Below are positions 10,529 through 21,100 of a stretch of DNA of 64,000 nt, piece by piece. Origin of the DNA: Pseudomonadota bacterium. Lineage in GTDB: Bacteria > Pseudomonadota > Gammaproteobacteria > Steroidobacterales > Steroidobacteraceae. The DNA is taken from positions 23,738-87,737 of the forward strand of contig JAJYFF010000005.1 in NCBI GenBank assembly GCA_021785405.1, in the 5' to 3' direction. A program made the translations under genes and the position numbers. Position 1 is the first letter of the stretch; every line of letters starts with the position of its first letter. Under the pieces are notes generated by a model. That model was not told the DNA's origin and searched no databases. It worked only from the letters and a program-made list of their open reading frames with translations.

Positions 10529-11964
10529 AAATACTTGATTTCGGTGAAGTCGAGGATGCCGTACTTCGATCCTTCGCGTCCGGTGCCGGATTCCTTGACC
10601 CCGCCGAACGGCGCGACCTCGGTCGAGATCAGCCCGGTGTTCAGGCCGACGATCCCGTACTCCAGCGCTTCCGAGACCCGCCAGCTCCGCGCGAGGTCGC
10701 GCGTGTACAGGTAGGCGGCGAGGCCGAACTCGGTGTCGTTCGCCATCGCGATCGCCTCGGCTTCGCTCTGGAACTTGAACAGCGGGGCGACCGGTCCGAA
10801 CGTCTCTTCCCGGGCGACCGCCATCGCGGGTGTCACGTCGGTGAGCACGGTCGGCTCGAAGAAGGTCCCGCCGAGCGCGTGACGCCGGCCGCCGGTGATG
10901 ATCTTCGCGCCCTTCGCGACGGCGTCCGCGACGTGCTCCTCGACCTTCGCGAGCGCCTTCGAGTCGATCAGCGGGCCCTGATCGGTCGCTCCGGCCAGGC
11001 CGTCGCCGATCCGCAACGCCGCCACCACGGCGCCGAGCTTGCGCGCGAACTCGTCGTAAACCCCCGCCTGGACGAGCAACCGATTCGCGCAGACGCAGGT
11101 CTGCCCGGTGTTGCGGTACTTGCTCGTGATCGCGCCCTGCACGGCCGCGTCGAGATCGGCGTCGTCGAACACGATGAACGGCGCGTTGCCGCCGAGTTCC
11201 ATCGACACCTTCTTCATCGTGCTGGCGCACTGCGCCATCAGCTTCTTGCCGACCTCGGTCGATCCGGTGAACGTCAGCTTGCGCACCAGCGGGTTCGAGG
11301 TCATCTCGCCGCCGATCTGTGCCGCGGAACCGGTGAGGACGTTGAACACGCCCTTGGGAATGCCCGCGCGATCCGCGAGCTCGGCGAGCGCGAGCGCCGA
11401 GAACGGCGTTTGCGTCGCGGGCTTGCACACGAAGGTGCAGCCGGCCGCGAGCGCCGGACCCGCCTTGCGAGTGATCATCGCGGCGGGGAAGTTCCACGGC
11501 GTTATCGCGGCGACCACGCCGACCGGCTGGCGCAGCACGAGGATGCGCTTGTCCGGCTGGTGGGTCGGAATCACGTCCCCGTAGACTCGCTTGCCTTCTT
11601 CAGCGAACCACTCGATGAACGACGCCGCGTAGGTGATCTCGCCCTTCGATTCGGCGAGCGGCTTGCCTTGCTCGGCGGTCATCAGCACCGCGAGATCGTC
11701 GACGTGAGCCAGGATCAACTCGTACCAGCGCCGCAGCAGCACCGCCCGGTCCTTCGCGGTGCGCGCCGCCCACGCGGGGAACGCCTTCGCCGCGGCCTCG
11801 ATCGCCGCCCGCGTCTCGTTGGCGCCCATGTTCGGGATCGAGCCGAGCGTCTCGCCGGTCGCCGGGTTGCGCACCGGCAACGTCGCGCCCCCCTCGGCCG
11901 GCAGCCAGCGGCCGTCGACGTAGCAGGATTGACGCAGCAGATTCTGGTCGCGCAGTTTGATCAT
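10507..11964 (-). CDS. gabD: NAD(P)+-dependent succinate-semialdehyde dehydrogenase
   Basis: MIKLRDQNLLRQSCYVDGRWLPA...AITPWNFP...SMELGGNAP...TGQTCVCANR... These are the aldehyde dehydrogenase catalytic Glu and Cys motifs, with strong GabD-like sequence. Start ATG is the complement of 11962-11964. Confidence 0.9.
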   Translation of the reverse strand: MIKLRDQNLLRQSCYVDGRWLPAEGGATLPVRNPATGETLGSIPNMGANETRAAIEAAAKAFPAWAARTAKDRAVLLRRWYELILAHVDDLAVLMTAEQGKPLAESKGEITYAASFIEWFAEEGKRVYGDVIPTHQPDKRILVLRQPVGVVAAITPWNFPAAMITRKAGPALAAGCTFVCKPATQTPFSALALAELADRAGIPKGVFNVLTGSAAQIGGEMTSNPLVRKLTFTGSTEVGKKLMAQCASTMKKVSMELGGNAPFIVFDDADLDAAVQGAITSKYRNTGQTCVCANRLLVQAGVYDEFARKLGAVVAALRIGDGLAGATDQGPLIDSKALAKVEEHVADAVAKGAKIITGGRRHALGGTFFEPTVLTDVTPAMAVAREETFGPVAPLFKFQSEAEAIAMANDTEFGLAAYLYTRDLARSWRVSEALEYGIVGLNTGLISTEVAPFGGVKESGTGREGSKYGILDFTEIKYLCVGGIT

Positions 11965-11990
11965 CTTCGAGTGTCCCCGGGAGCGCGGCG

Positions 11991-12650
11991 TCAGCCGACG
12001 TGGCGATGGAAGAATTCGAGGCTGCGCTCGTGCGCGAGCTTCGCGCTCGCGGGTTCGAAGCTCGCCCGATCGGTGCAATTGAAGCCGTGTTCCGCCTTGT
12101 ACAAATAGAATGTCGCTCCCGGGTTCGCGGCCTTGACCGCCTCGACCTGCGACATCGGGATGTGCGTGTCGAGCTCGCCGTAGTGGAACAGGATCGGGCA
12201 ACGGGGTTTTTCCGCCAGATACTGCGAGGTGCCGCCACCGTAGTACGAAACCGCGGCCGCGATCGGCAGACGCGCCGCCGCGAGATAGGCCATCGTGCCG
12301 CCCCAGCAGAAGCCGACGACGCCGACCTTGCCGGCCGCGGCGACGCGATCGACGGCGGCGCGCACGTCGAGCATGACCTGGTCGTTGTGGAGCTTCTGCA
12401 TGTAGCCGAAGCCCGTCTGAATGTCGCTGTACGGGACGTCGATCCCGGGTTGGATCCGATCGAACACCGCCGGCGCGATCGCGACGAATCCGGCCGCCGC
12501 GTATTGATCCGCGACCGCGCGAATGTGGCGCGTCACGCCGAAGATCTCCTGAATCACGACGATCCCGCCGCGCGGCTTGCCGCTCGGCTCCGCGAGATAC
12601 GCGGTCAAGCGATGGCCGTCCGATGCCTTCAGGTCGATGGTGCTGCCCAT
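11991..12650 (-). CDS. dienelactone hydrolase family protein
   Basis: MGSTIDLKASDGHRLTAYLAEPSGKPRGGIVVIQEIFGV...GVVGFCWGG... carries the DLH nucleophile-Cys motif. Start ATG is the complement of 12648-12650. Confidence 0.8.
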   Translation of the reverse strand: MGSTIDLKASDGHRLTAYLAEPSGKPRGGIVVIQEIFGVTRHIRAVADQYAAAGFVAIAPAVFDRIQPGIDVPYSDIQTGFGYMQKLHNDQVMLDVRAAVDRVAAAGKVGVVGFCWGGTMAYLAAARLPIAAAVSYYGGGTSQYLAEKPRCPILFHYGELDTHIPMSQVEAVKAANPGATFYLYKAEHGFNCTDRASFEPASAKLAHERSLEFFHRHVG

Positions 12651-12717
12651 GGTTCGGTGCTCCACAAATCGGGGTCGGTGAGAATAACGCGTTCGCTCGC
12701 TGCGGCTCAAGGCGCCG

Positions 12718-14004
12718 TCAGCGCTCGAGGATCGCGGTCACCCCCATGCCGCCGGCGGTGCAGATCGAGATCAAGCCGCGCTTCGTCCGGGTCTCGGCGA
12801 GGAGCTTCGCGAGCGTCGCGACGATCCGCGTGCCGGTCGCCGCGAACGGGTGACCGATCGCGACGCTGCCGCCCTTGACGTTGAGCTTCGCGCGGTCGAT
12901 CGCACCGAGCACCTCGTGCCGCCCGAGTCGCTCGCGACAGAAGGTCGGATCGGTCCAGGCCTTCAGCGTGCAGAGCACCTGGCCGGCGAATGCCTCGTGG
13001 ATCTCATAGAAATCGAAATCCGGGAGCGACAGGCCGGCATCCGCGAGCATCCGCGGAACGGCGTATGCCGGCGCCATCAGCAAGCCTTCCCGCTGATCGA
13101 CGTAGTCGACCGCGGCGACCTTGCCGTAGGCGAGATACGCGAGGACCGGCAGGTCGCGCGCCCGCGCCCACTCCTCGGACGCGAGCAGCACCGCCGATGC
13201 GCCGTCGGTCATCGGCGTCGAGTTGCCGGCGGTCAGCGTGCCGCTCGCCGTTCGGTCGAACACCGGGGGCAGGCGCGCCAGTTTCTCCAGGCTCGTGTCG
13301 TCGCGGATGTTGTCGTCGCGGGCCAGGCCGAGATAGGGGATCACCAGGTCCGCATAGAACCCCGCGGCGTAGGCGGCGGACGCGTTGCGATGGCTCTGCA
13401 ACGCGAGCTGATCCTGTGCCTCGCGCGGGATCTGCCATTGCTTCACCATCCACTCGGTACTCTCGCCCATCGACAGACCGGTGCGCGGTTCCGTGACGCC
13501 CGGCAATACCGGTTTGAAGTGACGTGGCCGCAGCCCGAGCCACGGCGCGATCCGGGCGCCCGCGGACTTGGCGCGGTGGCTCCGGAGCAGCAGGCGCCGA
13601 AAACTCTCCGGGAACACGATCGGCGGATCGCTCACGGTGTCGACGCCGCCGGCGATCCCCGCGTCGATCTGGCCGAGCGCGATCTTGTTCGCAACCAGGA
13701 TCGCCGCCTCGAGGCTCGTGCCGCAGGCGCGCTGCAGATCGACCGCCGGCGTCTCCGGCGCGAGCCCGGTGCCGAGCACGCACTCGCGCGCGAGGTTCCA
13801 TTGGCTGGAGTGCTTCATGACCGCGCCGGCGGCGACCTCGCCGAGGCGTTGTCCGCGCAGCCCGAAGCGCTCGACGAGTCCGGCGAGCGCCGCGGTCAAC
13901 ATCTGCGGGTTGCCGACCTCGGCGTAGGCGCCGTGGCCGCGGGCGAACGGGATGCGCGTACCGCCGACGATCGCGACGCGCCGAGTGCTCGTGCCGACCA
14001 GCAT
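12718..14004 (-). CDS. acetyl-CoA C-acyltransferase (thiolase)
   Basis: ...LQRACGTSLEAA... is the active-site Cys and ...GGSVAIGHPFAATG...CTAGGMG... is the C-terminal thiolase signature. Start is MLVGTSTRRVAIVGG. Confidence 0.88.
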   Translation of the reverse strand: MLVGTSTRRVAIVGGTRIPFARGHGAYAEVGNPQMLTAALAGLVERFGLRGQRLGEVAAGAVMKHSSQWNLARECVLGTGLAPETPAVDLQRACGTSLEAAILVANKIALGQIDAGIAGGVDTVSDPPIVFPESFRRLLLRSHRAKSAGARIAPWLGLRPRHFKPVLPGVTEPRTGLSMGESTEWMVKQWQIPREAQDQLALQSHRNASAAYAAGFYADLVIPYLGLARDDNIRDDTSLEKLARLPPVFDRTASGTLTAGNSTPMTDGASAVLLASEEWARARDLPVLAYLAYGKVAAVDYVDQREGLLMAPAYAVPRMLADAGLSLPDFDFYEIHEAFAGQVLCTLKAWTDPTFCRERLGRHEVLGAIDRAKLNVKGGSVAIGHPFAATGTRIVATLAKLLAETRTKRGLISICTAGGMGVTAILER

Positions 14005-14142
14005 GGTTCGTCCTCCCTTGCGAAACCCCCGGGCATTATGGACCCGCGCTGTTGCGCGCCGCACCGGGTTTCGCGGGTCGGGGGAGGGGGCCGCGAGCCC
14101 GCGCGGGAACTATCCGCCAGTGTTCAGGTATCCTTGACGGCG

Positions 14143-15723
14143 ATGCGTCAATTCACCGACAAGCGTTTCGAGCGCCGCGTCGCGTCCCTGGTCAATTCGG
14201 GCCAGCGCGGCGTGCTGCGCGGCGGCCGCAAGGGGGTCGAGAAAGAGGCCTTGCGGGTCACGCCGCAAGGGCGGATCGCGCAGACCGACCACCCGCCCGC
14301 GCTCGGCGCCGCATTGACGAATCCGCTGATCACGACCGACTTCTCCGAAGCCCTGATCGAGTTGGTCACGCCGCCGTTCGGCCAGAGCTGGGAGCTGTTG
14401 CAGTACCTGTGCGACCTGCACCAGTTCGTCTATAAGCACCTCGGCGACGAGATGCTCTGGGCGACGAGCATGCCCTGCGCGGTCGGGTCCGACGAGGAAA
14501 TTCCGATCGCGCGGTACGGACCCTCGAACGTCGGACGACTGAAGACGACCTACCGCAACGGGCTCAGCCTGCGTTATGGGCGCATGATGCAGGCGATCGC
14601 CGGCGTGCACTTCAATTACTCGTTCCCCGCGTCCCTGTGGGAGGCGCTCGCGAGCATCGAGTCCGCGCGCGCCGCGGACACGGCCTTCATCTCGGACGAG
14701 TATTTTGCGGCGCTGCGTAATTACCGGCGCTTCGGCTGGTTGATCCTGTATTTGTTCGGGACCTCGCCGGCGGTCAGCCGGGCGTTCCTCGCGGGACGCG
14801 ACCACGATCTGCGGCCGCTCGATGCCGACACCTTGTACCTGCCGCACGCGACCTCGCTGCGGATGAGCGACATCGGCTATCGCAACAAGAATCAGGCGAC
14901 GGTGAGCGTGTCGGTGAACAACCTGCAGGCGTATACCCGCGACCTCAATCACGCGATCCGTACGCCGTTTCCCGCGTACGAAAAGCTCGGGGTCAAGGTC
15001 GGCGGGGAGTTCCGGCAGCTGAGCGCGAACGTGCTGCAGGTCGGCAACGAATACTACAGTTTCATCCGGCCGAAGCGCGTGACGCAGCCGGGCGAGCGGC
15101 CGACGCTGGCGCTCGAGCGCCGCGGCGTCGAATATCTCGAAATGAGGGCGCTCGACGTCAGCGTGTTCGACCCGGTCGGCGTGAACCAGGATACGTTGCG
15201 CTTTGCCGAGGCGTTCCTCGCGCTATGCCTGCTGCGCGACAGTCCGCCGATCGAGCGCGACGAGCAACAGGCCCTCGACCGCAACCACGTGACCGTCGCG
15301 CGGCGCGGCCGCGAGCCGGGTCTGTGTCTGCGCTGCGACGGGCGAGACCGACCGCTGCGCGAGTGGGCTCGTGAACTCCTCGACGACATGGACGCCGTCT
15401 GCGAGTTGCTCGATCAGGACGATCCCAGCGCTCCTTACCGCCGGTCGCTCGCGCGCCAGCGAGAGAGGATCGAAGATCCGGCCGTGACGCCGTCCGCCCG
15501 CTTGCTCGCCGAGATGAGCGATGCCGGGGAGACCTTCTTCCAATTCGCGTTGCGCATGTCGCGCGTGCACAAGGACTACTTCCTCGATCTGTATCCGCCG
15601 AACGAGAGCCGGCTCGCCGAGTTCGCGATCGCGGCCGAGGAGTCGCACGCGCAGCAGCGGCGCATCGAGGCCGCCGATCGGGACGATTTCGATACCTATC
15701 TCGCGCGCTATCTGGCCGGCTGA
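14143..15723 (+). CDS. gshA: glutamate--cysteine ligase
   Basis: MRQFTDKRFERRVASLVNSGQRGVLRGGRKGVEKEALRV...ITTDFSEALIELVTPP... is proteobacterial GshA type. The upstream part of the track ORF (12850-14142) is antisense junk. Confidence 0.9.
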   Translation: MRQFTDKRFERRVASLVNSGQRGVLRGGRKGVEKEALRVTPQGRIAQTDHPPALGAALTNPLITTDFSEALIELVTPPFGQSWELLQYLCDLHQFVYKHLGDEMLWATSMPCAVGSDEEIPIARYGPSNVGRLKTTYRNGLSLRYGRMMQAIAGVHFNYSFPASLWEALASIESARAADTAFISDEYFAALRNYRRFGWLILYLFGTSPAVSRAFLAGRDHDLRPLDADTLYLPHATSLRMSDIGYRNKNQATVSVSVNNLQAYTRDLNHAIRTPFPAYEKLGVKVGGEFRQLSANVLQVGNEYYSFIRPKRVTQPGERPTLALERRGVEYLEMRALDVSVFDPVGVNQDTLRFAEAFLALCLLRDSPPIERDEQQALDRNHVTVARRGREPGLCLRCDGRDRPLREWARELLDDMDAVCELLDQDDPSAPYRRSLARQRERIEDPAVTPSARLLAEMSDAGETFFQFALRMSRVHKDYFLDLYPPNESRLAEFAIAAEESHAQQRRIEAADRDDFDTYLARYLAG

Positions 15724-15883
15724 GCGCTGGCTGGCATTGATTTGACATAATGCAACTCGACCCGCCGCCGGGGTGCGGAAATCGCGGCGGGGTTCACGCT
15801 TTTCGCCACGGGTCGCGTGCGGTGTCCGTCAAGCTGTGCCGCAGGTCGCAGAGGCCGCGCCCGGGATTCGGTCAAATGGCCCC

Positions 15884-17113
15884 ATGCACCTGAGTTCGTC
15901 GTTGACGGAGGACTTGCCCGACTTGCCGCACGCGCGGCAACTGAAGGAAGGGTTCCCGTGGCTGCGGTTCCGCCGGGAGCTCGAGGCGGTGTTCCGGCGC
16001 GCGCGGCTCGAAGAGTCGCTCGGCTACATCCGCGCGAATCTCGTGCTGTCGATCGCGATCGCGATCGCGCTGTCGGCGATGAACGCGCTCGTGCTGGGTC
16101 GGGCGCTGGATCGCATTCCCGGCACCATCGACATCGCGTTCACGGTGCCGTTGCTCGTGATCGTGTTCGCGGCGAGTTTCTCGCCCAGTCGGCAGAGGAT
16201 CTACGCGCCGCTCGCGGTCGTCGCCTTCACGGCCTGCGGCTTGAGCCAGGTCGCGATTCAGGTCGTGACCTCGCTCGGCGGCGCCCAATTCCTGTTCCCG
16301 GCGATGATCGTGACCGCGATGTACGTGTATTTCCTCGCGGGCCTGGATTTCTACAACGCGCTCGCGGTCAATTTCCTCGTGTTGCTCGCGTATCTCGCGG
16401 CCGGCCACCTGATGGCACTGCCGGGGCCGCTGTTCGGCTACGACGCGCTCACCCTGGTGGCCGCCAACCTGATCGGCGCATCGGTCGCGTACATGCAGGA
16501 GCGCACCAGCCGCTTTCGATTCCTCGAGGCCGGATTGCTCCGCGAACTGGTCGCGCGGGACGGCCTCACGGGGATCCAGAACCGGCGGATGTTCGACCAG
16601 CACATCCAGCGCGTCTGGCAACAGGCGGTTCGCGACGCCCAGCGGATCGCGGTGCTGCTCGTCGACATCGATTGCTTCAAGGAATACAACGATCGCTACG
16701 GCCATCAGGCGGGCGACGAGTGCCTGCGGGCGGTCGCGGTGACCTTGAGCCAGTGCGCTCGCCGCCCGCTCGACTTCGTCGCGCGCTACGGGGGCGAGGA
16801 ATTCGCGCTGGTCCTGTACGAAGCGAGCCGTGAGTACGTCGCGGAGGTGTCGACGCGCATCCAGCGCTCGATCGCCGAGCTCAACTTCCTGCACGAGGCG
16901 TCCCCGGTGGCGAGCCGCCTGACCGTGAGCATCGGCGCCGCCTACATCCTGCCGACCGCCTCGCGCAGTCCCGAGGGGCTGATTCAGCTGGCCGACGAGG
17001 CGCTCTACAGCGCGAAGGGCCAGGGCCGCAACCGGGTCGTCGTGATGGAAGCGGAGTACCAGAACCTGCAGACCGGGCGCTTCGAGAAGCGCCGCGGCCA
17101 GCGTCTCGCCTGA
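15884..17113 (+). CDS. membrane-anchored diguanylate cyclase (GGDEF domain)
   Basis: Multi-TM N-terminal half, then LTGIQNRRMFD...RYGGEEFALVLYE (GGEEF active site). Confidence 0.85.
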   Translation: MHLSSSLTEDLPDLPHARQLKEGFPWLRFRRELEAVFRRARLEESLGYIRANLVLSIAIAIALSAMNALVLGRALDRIPGTIDIAFTVPLLVIVFAASFSPSRQRIYAPLAVVAFTACGLSQVAIQVVTSLGGAQFLFPAMIVTAMYVYFLAGLDFYNALAVNFLVLLAYLAAGHLMALPGPLFGYDALTLVAANLIGASVAYMQERTSRFRFLEAGLLRELVARDGLTGIQNRRMFDQHIQRVWQQAVRDAQRIAVLLVDIDCFKEYNDRYGHQAGDECLRAVAVTLSQCARRPLDFVARYGGEEFALVLYEASREYVAEVSTRIQRSIAELNFLHEASPVASRLTVSIGAAYILPTASRSPEGLIQLADEALYSAKGQGRNRVVVMEAEYQNLQTGRFEKRRGQRLA

Positions 17114-17138
17114 CGCGACGCCGGCTGCGCGCCCGGCG

Positions 17139-18053
17139 CTAAGGCTCGCGGAAGATCGCGGTCCGGGGCTCGCCTCCCGCGGTCAGGCTCCCGCGGAACA
17201 TGCCCTCGACGTTGCAATCGATCGCGATCCGACCGTGTCGATCGATCGCGATCACGCCGCCTTCCCCACCACGCGCGATCAATTCGCCGTGCACGATGTC
17301 GTGGACCGCCTGATCGAGGCTGGCGCCGCCATACCTCATCCGGGCGCAGACGTCGTGCGCGACCGCGTTGCGCAGGAAGATCTCGCCATGCCCGGTCGCC
17401 GAGACCGCGCAGGCCCGGTCGTCCGCGTACGTCCCGGCACCGATCACCGGCGAATCGCCGATCCTCCCGTAGCGCTTCGCGGTCATGCCGCCGGTCGAGG
17501 TCGCCGCGGCCACGTGCCCGTGCGCGTCGAGCGCGACCGCGCCGACCGTGCCGACGTGCGCCAAGGACAGCGGCGAGCCGCCGGCACTCAGCACCCGCTG
17601 CAGTTGCTGCCAGCGCTCCTCGGTCCGGAAATACTCGTTCGGCACGAATGCGAGCCCTTCGGCGAGCGCGAATTCCTCGGCGCCCGTGCCGCTCAGCATC
17701 ACGAAGGGTGAGCGCTCCATCACCACCCGCGCGAGCTCGATCGGGTTCCGCACGTGCCGCAGCCCGCAGACCGCGCCCGCGCGCAGCGCGGCGCCCTCCA
17801 TGATCGCCGCGTCGAGTTCGTGCTGGCCGTCGCGCGTGCACACGGCGCCGCGTCCGGCGTTGAACAGCGGATCATCCTCGAGCACGACGACCGCGCGAGT
17901 GACCGCGTCGAGGCTCGAGCCGCCGCGCTCGAGGACCGTCCGGCCGGCGTCGAGCGCGGCGAGCAATCCTTCGTGATAGCGGCGCTCGCGCGCCGGCTCG
18001 ATTTCGCCGCGTGGCGGCGTGCCCGCCCCGCCGTGGACCGCGATCCCGTACAT
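17139..18053 (-). CDS. iaaA: isoaspartyl peptidase / L-asparaginase (Ntn hydrolase)
   Basis: MYGIAVHGGAGT...DDPLFNAGRGAV...HVGTVGAVALD...GDSPVIGAGTYAD... is the plant-type asparaginase family, including the autoprocessing GT|VGAV site. Confidence 0.88.
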   Translation of the reverse strand: MYGIAVHGGAGTPPRGEIEPARERRYHEGLLAALDAGRTVLERGGSSLDAVTRAVVVLEDDPLFNAGRGAVCTRDGQHELDAAIMEGAALRAGAVCGLRHVRNPIELARVVMERSPFVMLSGTGAEEFALAEGLAFVPNEYFRTEERWQQLQRVLSAGGSPLSLAHVGTVGAVALDAHGHVAAATSTGGMTAKRYGRIGDSPVIGAGTYADDRACAVSATGHGEIFLRNAVAHDVCARMRYGGASLDQAVHDIVHGELIARGGEGGVIAIDRHGRIAIDCNVEGMFRGSLTAGGEPRTAIFREP

Positions 18054-18109
18054 CGTCGTTGACTCCTTGCCTGGTCGTTCGCGACCCCTAAGGCTATCAT
18101 CCGTCGGCC

Positions 18110-21100
18110 ATGACACAAGCCGCCGAACGCCGACCGATCCGTAGCGTCCTGATCGCGAATCGAGGAGAAATCGCGATCCGCGTGATGCGGGCGGCGTCCG
18201 AGCTCGGCCTGCGCACGATCGCGATCCACTCGCACGAGGACCGCTTCTCGCTGCACCGGACCAAGGCCGACGAGAGCTATCTGGTCGGCGAGGGCCGATC
18301 GCCGGTCGAGGCCTACCTCGACATCGGCGGGATCGTGCGGATCGCGCGCGAAGCCGGGGCCGACGCGGTCCACCCGGGCTACGGCTTCCTGTCCGAGAGC
18401 CCGGAATTCGCGGAAGCCTGCGGCGCGGCCGGCCTCGTGTTCGTCGGTCCCTCGCCGGAGACGATGCGCCGCCTCGGCAACAAGGTGGAAGCGCGCCATC
18501 TCGCGGTGGCCGCCGACGTGCCGGTGATGCCGGCGACGCCGCCGCTGCCGGCCGACGATCGGGAGTGTCTCGCGGCTGCGCGCGCGATCGGCTTCCCGGT
18601 GATGTTGAAGGCGAGCTGGGGCGGCGGCGGTCGCGGGATGCGCGTCGTCGAGTCCGAGGACGGCTTGGCCGAGACGGTCGCGACGGCCCGGCGCGAGGCG
18701 AAGGCGGCGTTCGGCAAGGACGAGGTCTACCTCGAGAAGCTGATTCGCCGCGCGCGCCACGTCGAAGTGCAGATTCTCGGTGACGACCATGGCAACCTCG
18801 TGCATCTGTACGAGCGCGACTGCACCGTGCAGCGGCGCAACCAAAAGGTCGTGGAACGCGCGCCGGCGGTGTTCCTGACTGCCGCGCAGCGCACGGCGTT
18901 GTGCGAGGCGGCCCTGCGCATCGGTCGCGCGGTCGGCTACCGCTCGGCCGGCACCGTCGAGTTCCTGCAGGACGCGGACACCGGGAAGTTCTATTTCATC
19001 GAGGTGAATCCGCGCATCCAGGTCGAGCACACGGTCACCGAATGCGTGACCGGCATCGATCTCGTGAAGGCGCAGTTGCGCATCGCCGCGGGCGCGCGAA
19101 TCGGCGATGCCGCCAGCGGCGTCCCGCCGCAAGCGCAGATCCGCGTGACCGGCCATGCGCTGCAATGCCGGGTCACGACCGAGGATCCGGAGAATCACTT
19201 CGTCCCGGATTACGGTCGCCTCACGGCGTACCGCAGTCCCGCCGGCTTCGGCATCCGACTCGACGCCGGCACCGCCTACGCGGGCGCGATCATCACGCGG
19301 TACTACGATTCGCTGCTCGTGAAGGTCACGGCCTGGGCGCCGACGGCCGAGGAGACGATCGCGCGGATGCATCGCGCGCTGTGGGAATTTCGAATTCGCG
19401 GCGTCGTGACCAATCTGCGCTTTCTCGACCAGCTGATCACGCATCCGCAGTTCGCGGACGCCGCCTATACGACCCGCTTCATCGACGAGACCCCCGACCT
19501 GATCCGGATCCCGCACAAGCGGGACCGCGCGACGCGGCTGCTGAGCTACATCGGCGAGGTCATCGTCAACGGCAACACCGGCGTGAAAGGACGTGCGCGA
19601 CCCGAGGCGCCGGTGTTCCCGCGACTGCCGAAGGTCCAGTTGCCGCCGCCGGCGCCGGGGACCAAGCAGCGGCTCGACGAGCTCGGCGCCGAGCGCTTCG
19701 CCGAGTGGATGCTGGGCGAACGCCGGGTGCTGCTCACCGACACGAGCATGCGCGACGCTCACCAGTCGCTGCTCGCGACGCGCTTCCGGACACAGGACCT
19801 CGCGGCGATCGCGCCGTACTACGCGGCCTTGTTGCCGGGCTTGTTCTCGGTCGAGTGCTGGGGAGGCGCCACCTTCGACGTCGCGATGCGCTTCCTGCGC
19901 GAGGATCCGTGGGAAAGGCTCGCGGAGCTGCGCGCGCGGATGCCGAACCTGCTGTTGCAGATGCTGCTGCGATCGGCGAACGCGGTCGGCTACACGAATT
20001 ACCCCGACAACGTCGTCCGTCATTTCGTCGCCCGCGCGGCGCACGCCGGTATCGATCTGTTTCGGGTGTTCGATTGCCTGAATTGGACCGAGAACATGCG
20101 CGTCGCGATCGAGGCGGTGCGCGATACCGGGCGGCTCTGCGAGGCGGCGATCTGCTACACCGGGAACTTGTCGAACCCGGCCGAGCGCAAGTACGACCTG
20201 CACTACTATCTCGGGATCGCCCGCGAGTTGCAGGCGATGGGCGCGCACGTGATCGGCATCAAGGACATGGCGGGGCTGTGCCTGCCGAGCGCCGCGGCGA
20301 CGCTGGTCCGTGCGTTGAAGGACGAAATCGGGTTGCCGATCCACTTCCACACGCACGATACGAGCGGCATCGCCGCGGCGAGCGTGCTCGCGGCGATCGA
20401 CGCCGGCGCCGACGCGGTCGACGGCGCGATCGACTCGCTTTCCGGCCTGACCTCGCAGCCGAATCTCGGCTCGATCGCCGAGGCGCTTCGCCACGGTCCG
20501 CGCGATACCGGCGTGGATCCGGGCGCCTTGCGCGCGATCTCCGGGTACTGGGAGCAGGTGCGCCGCGGCTACGTCGCGTTCGAGAGCGACATCCGCGCCG
20601 GCGCATCCGAGGTCTACGTCCACGGGATGCCGGGCGGGCAGTACACGAATCTGCGCGAGCAGGCCCGGTCGCTCGGGATCGAAGATCATCGCTGGCACGA
20701 AGTCGCGACCGCCTACGCCGAAGTCAACGACTTGTTCGGCGACATCGTCAAGGTGACGCCGACCTCGAAGGTCGTCGGCGACATGGCGATCATGATGGTC
20801 ACGAGCGGGCTCGACCGCGCGGCGGTCCTCGATCCGGAGGTGGAAATCGCGTTCCCGGAGTCCGTCGTGCAGCTCTTCCGCGGAGATCTCGGCCAGCCGC
20901 TCGGCGGCTTCCCGCCCGAGCTGCAGCGCAAAGTGCTCAAGGGCGTCGAGCCGCTGCGGGATCGGCCGGGGGCGTCGTTACCGCCGGCCGACCTCGAGGC
21001 CGAGCGTGCCGCGGCGCAGCTCAAGGTCGGGCGCGCGATCAGCGACGACGAGCTCGCGTCCTATCTCATGTATCCGAAGGTGTTCGTCGAGTACGCCGCG

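Noticed and set aside
17720-20698. 992-aa ORF on the minus strand
   Set aside because: It is entirely antisense to the well-supported pyruvate carboxylase gene. Its Arg/Ala/Gly/Pro/Asp-dominated composition has no motifs. This is a typical stop-free antisense frame of very GC-rich DNA.
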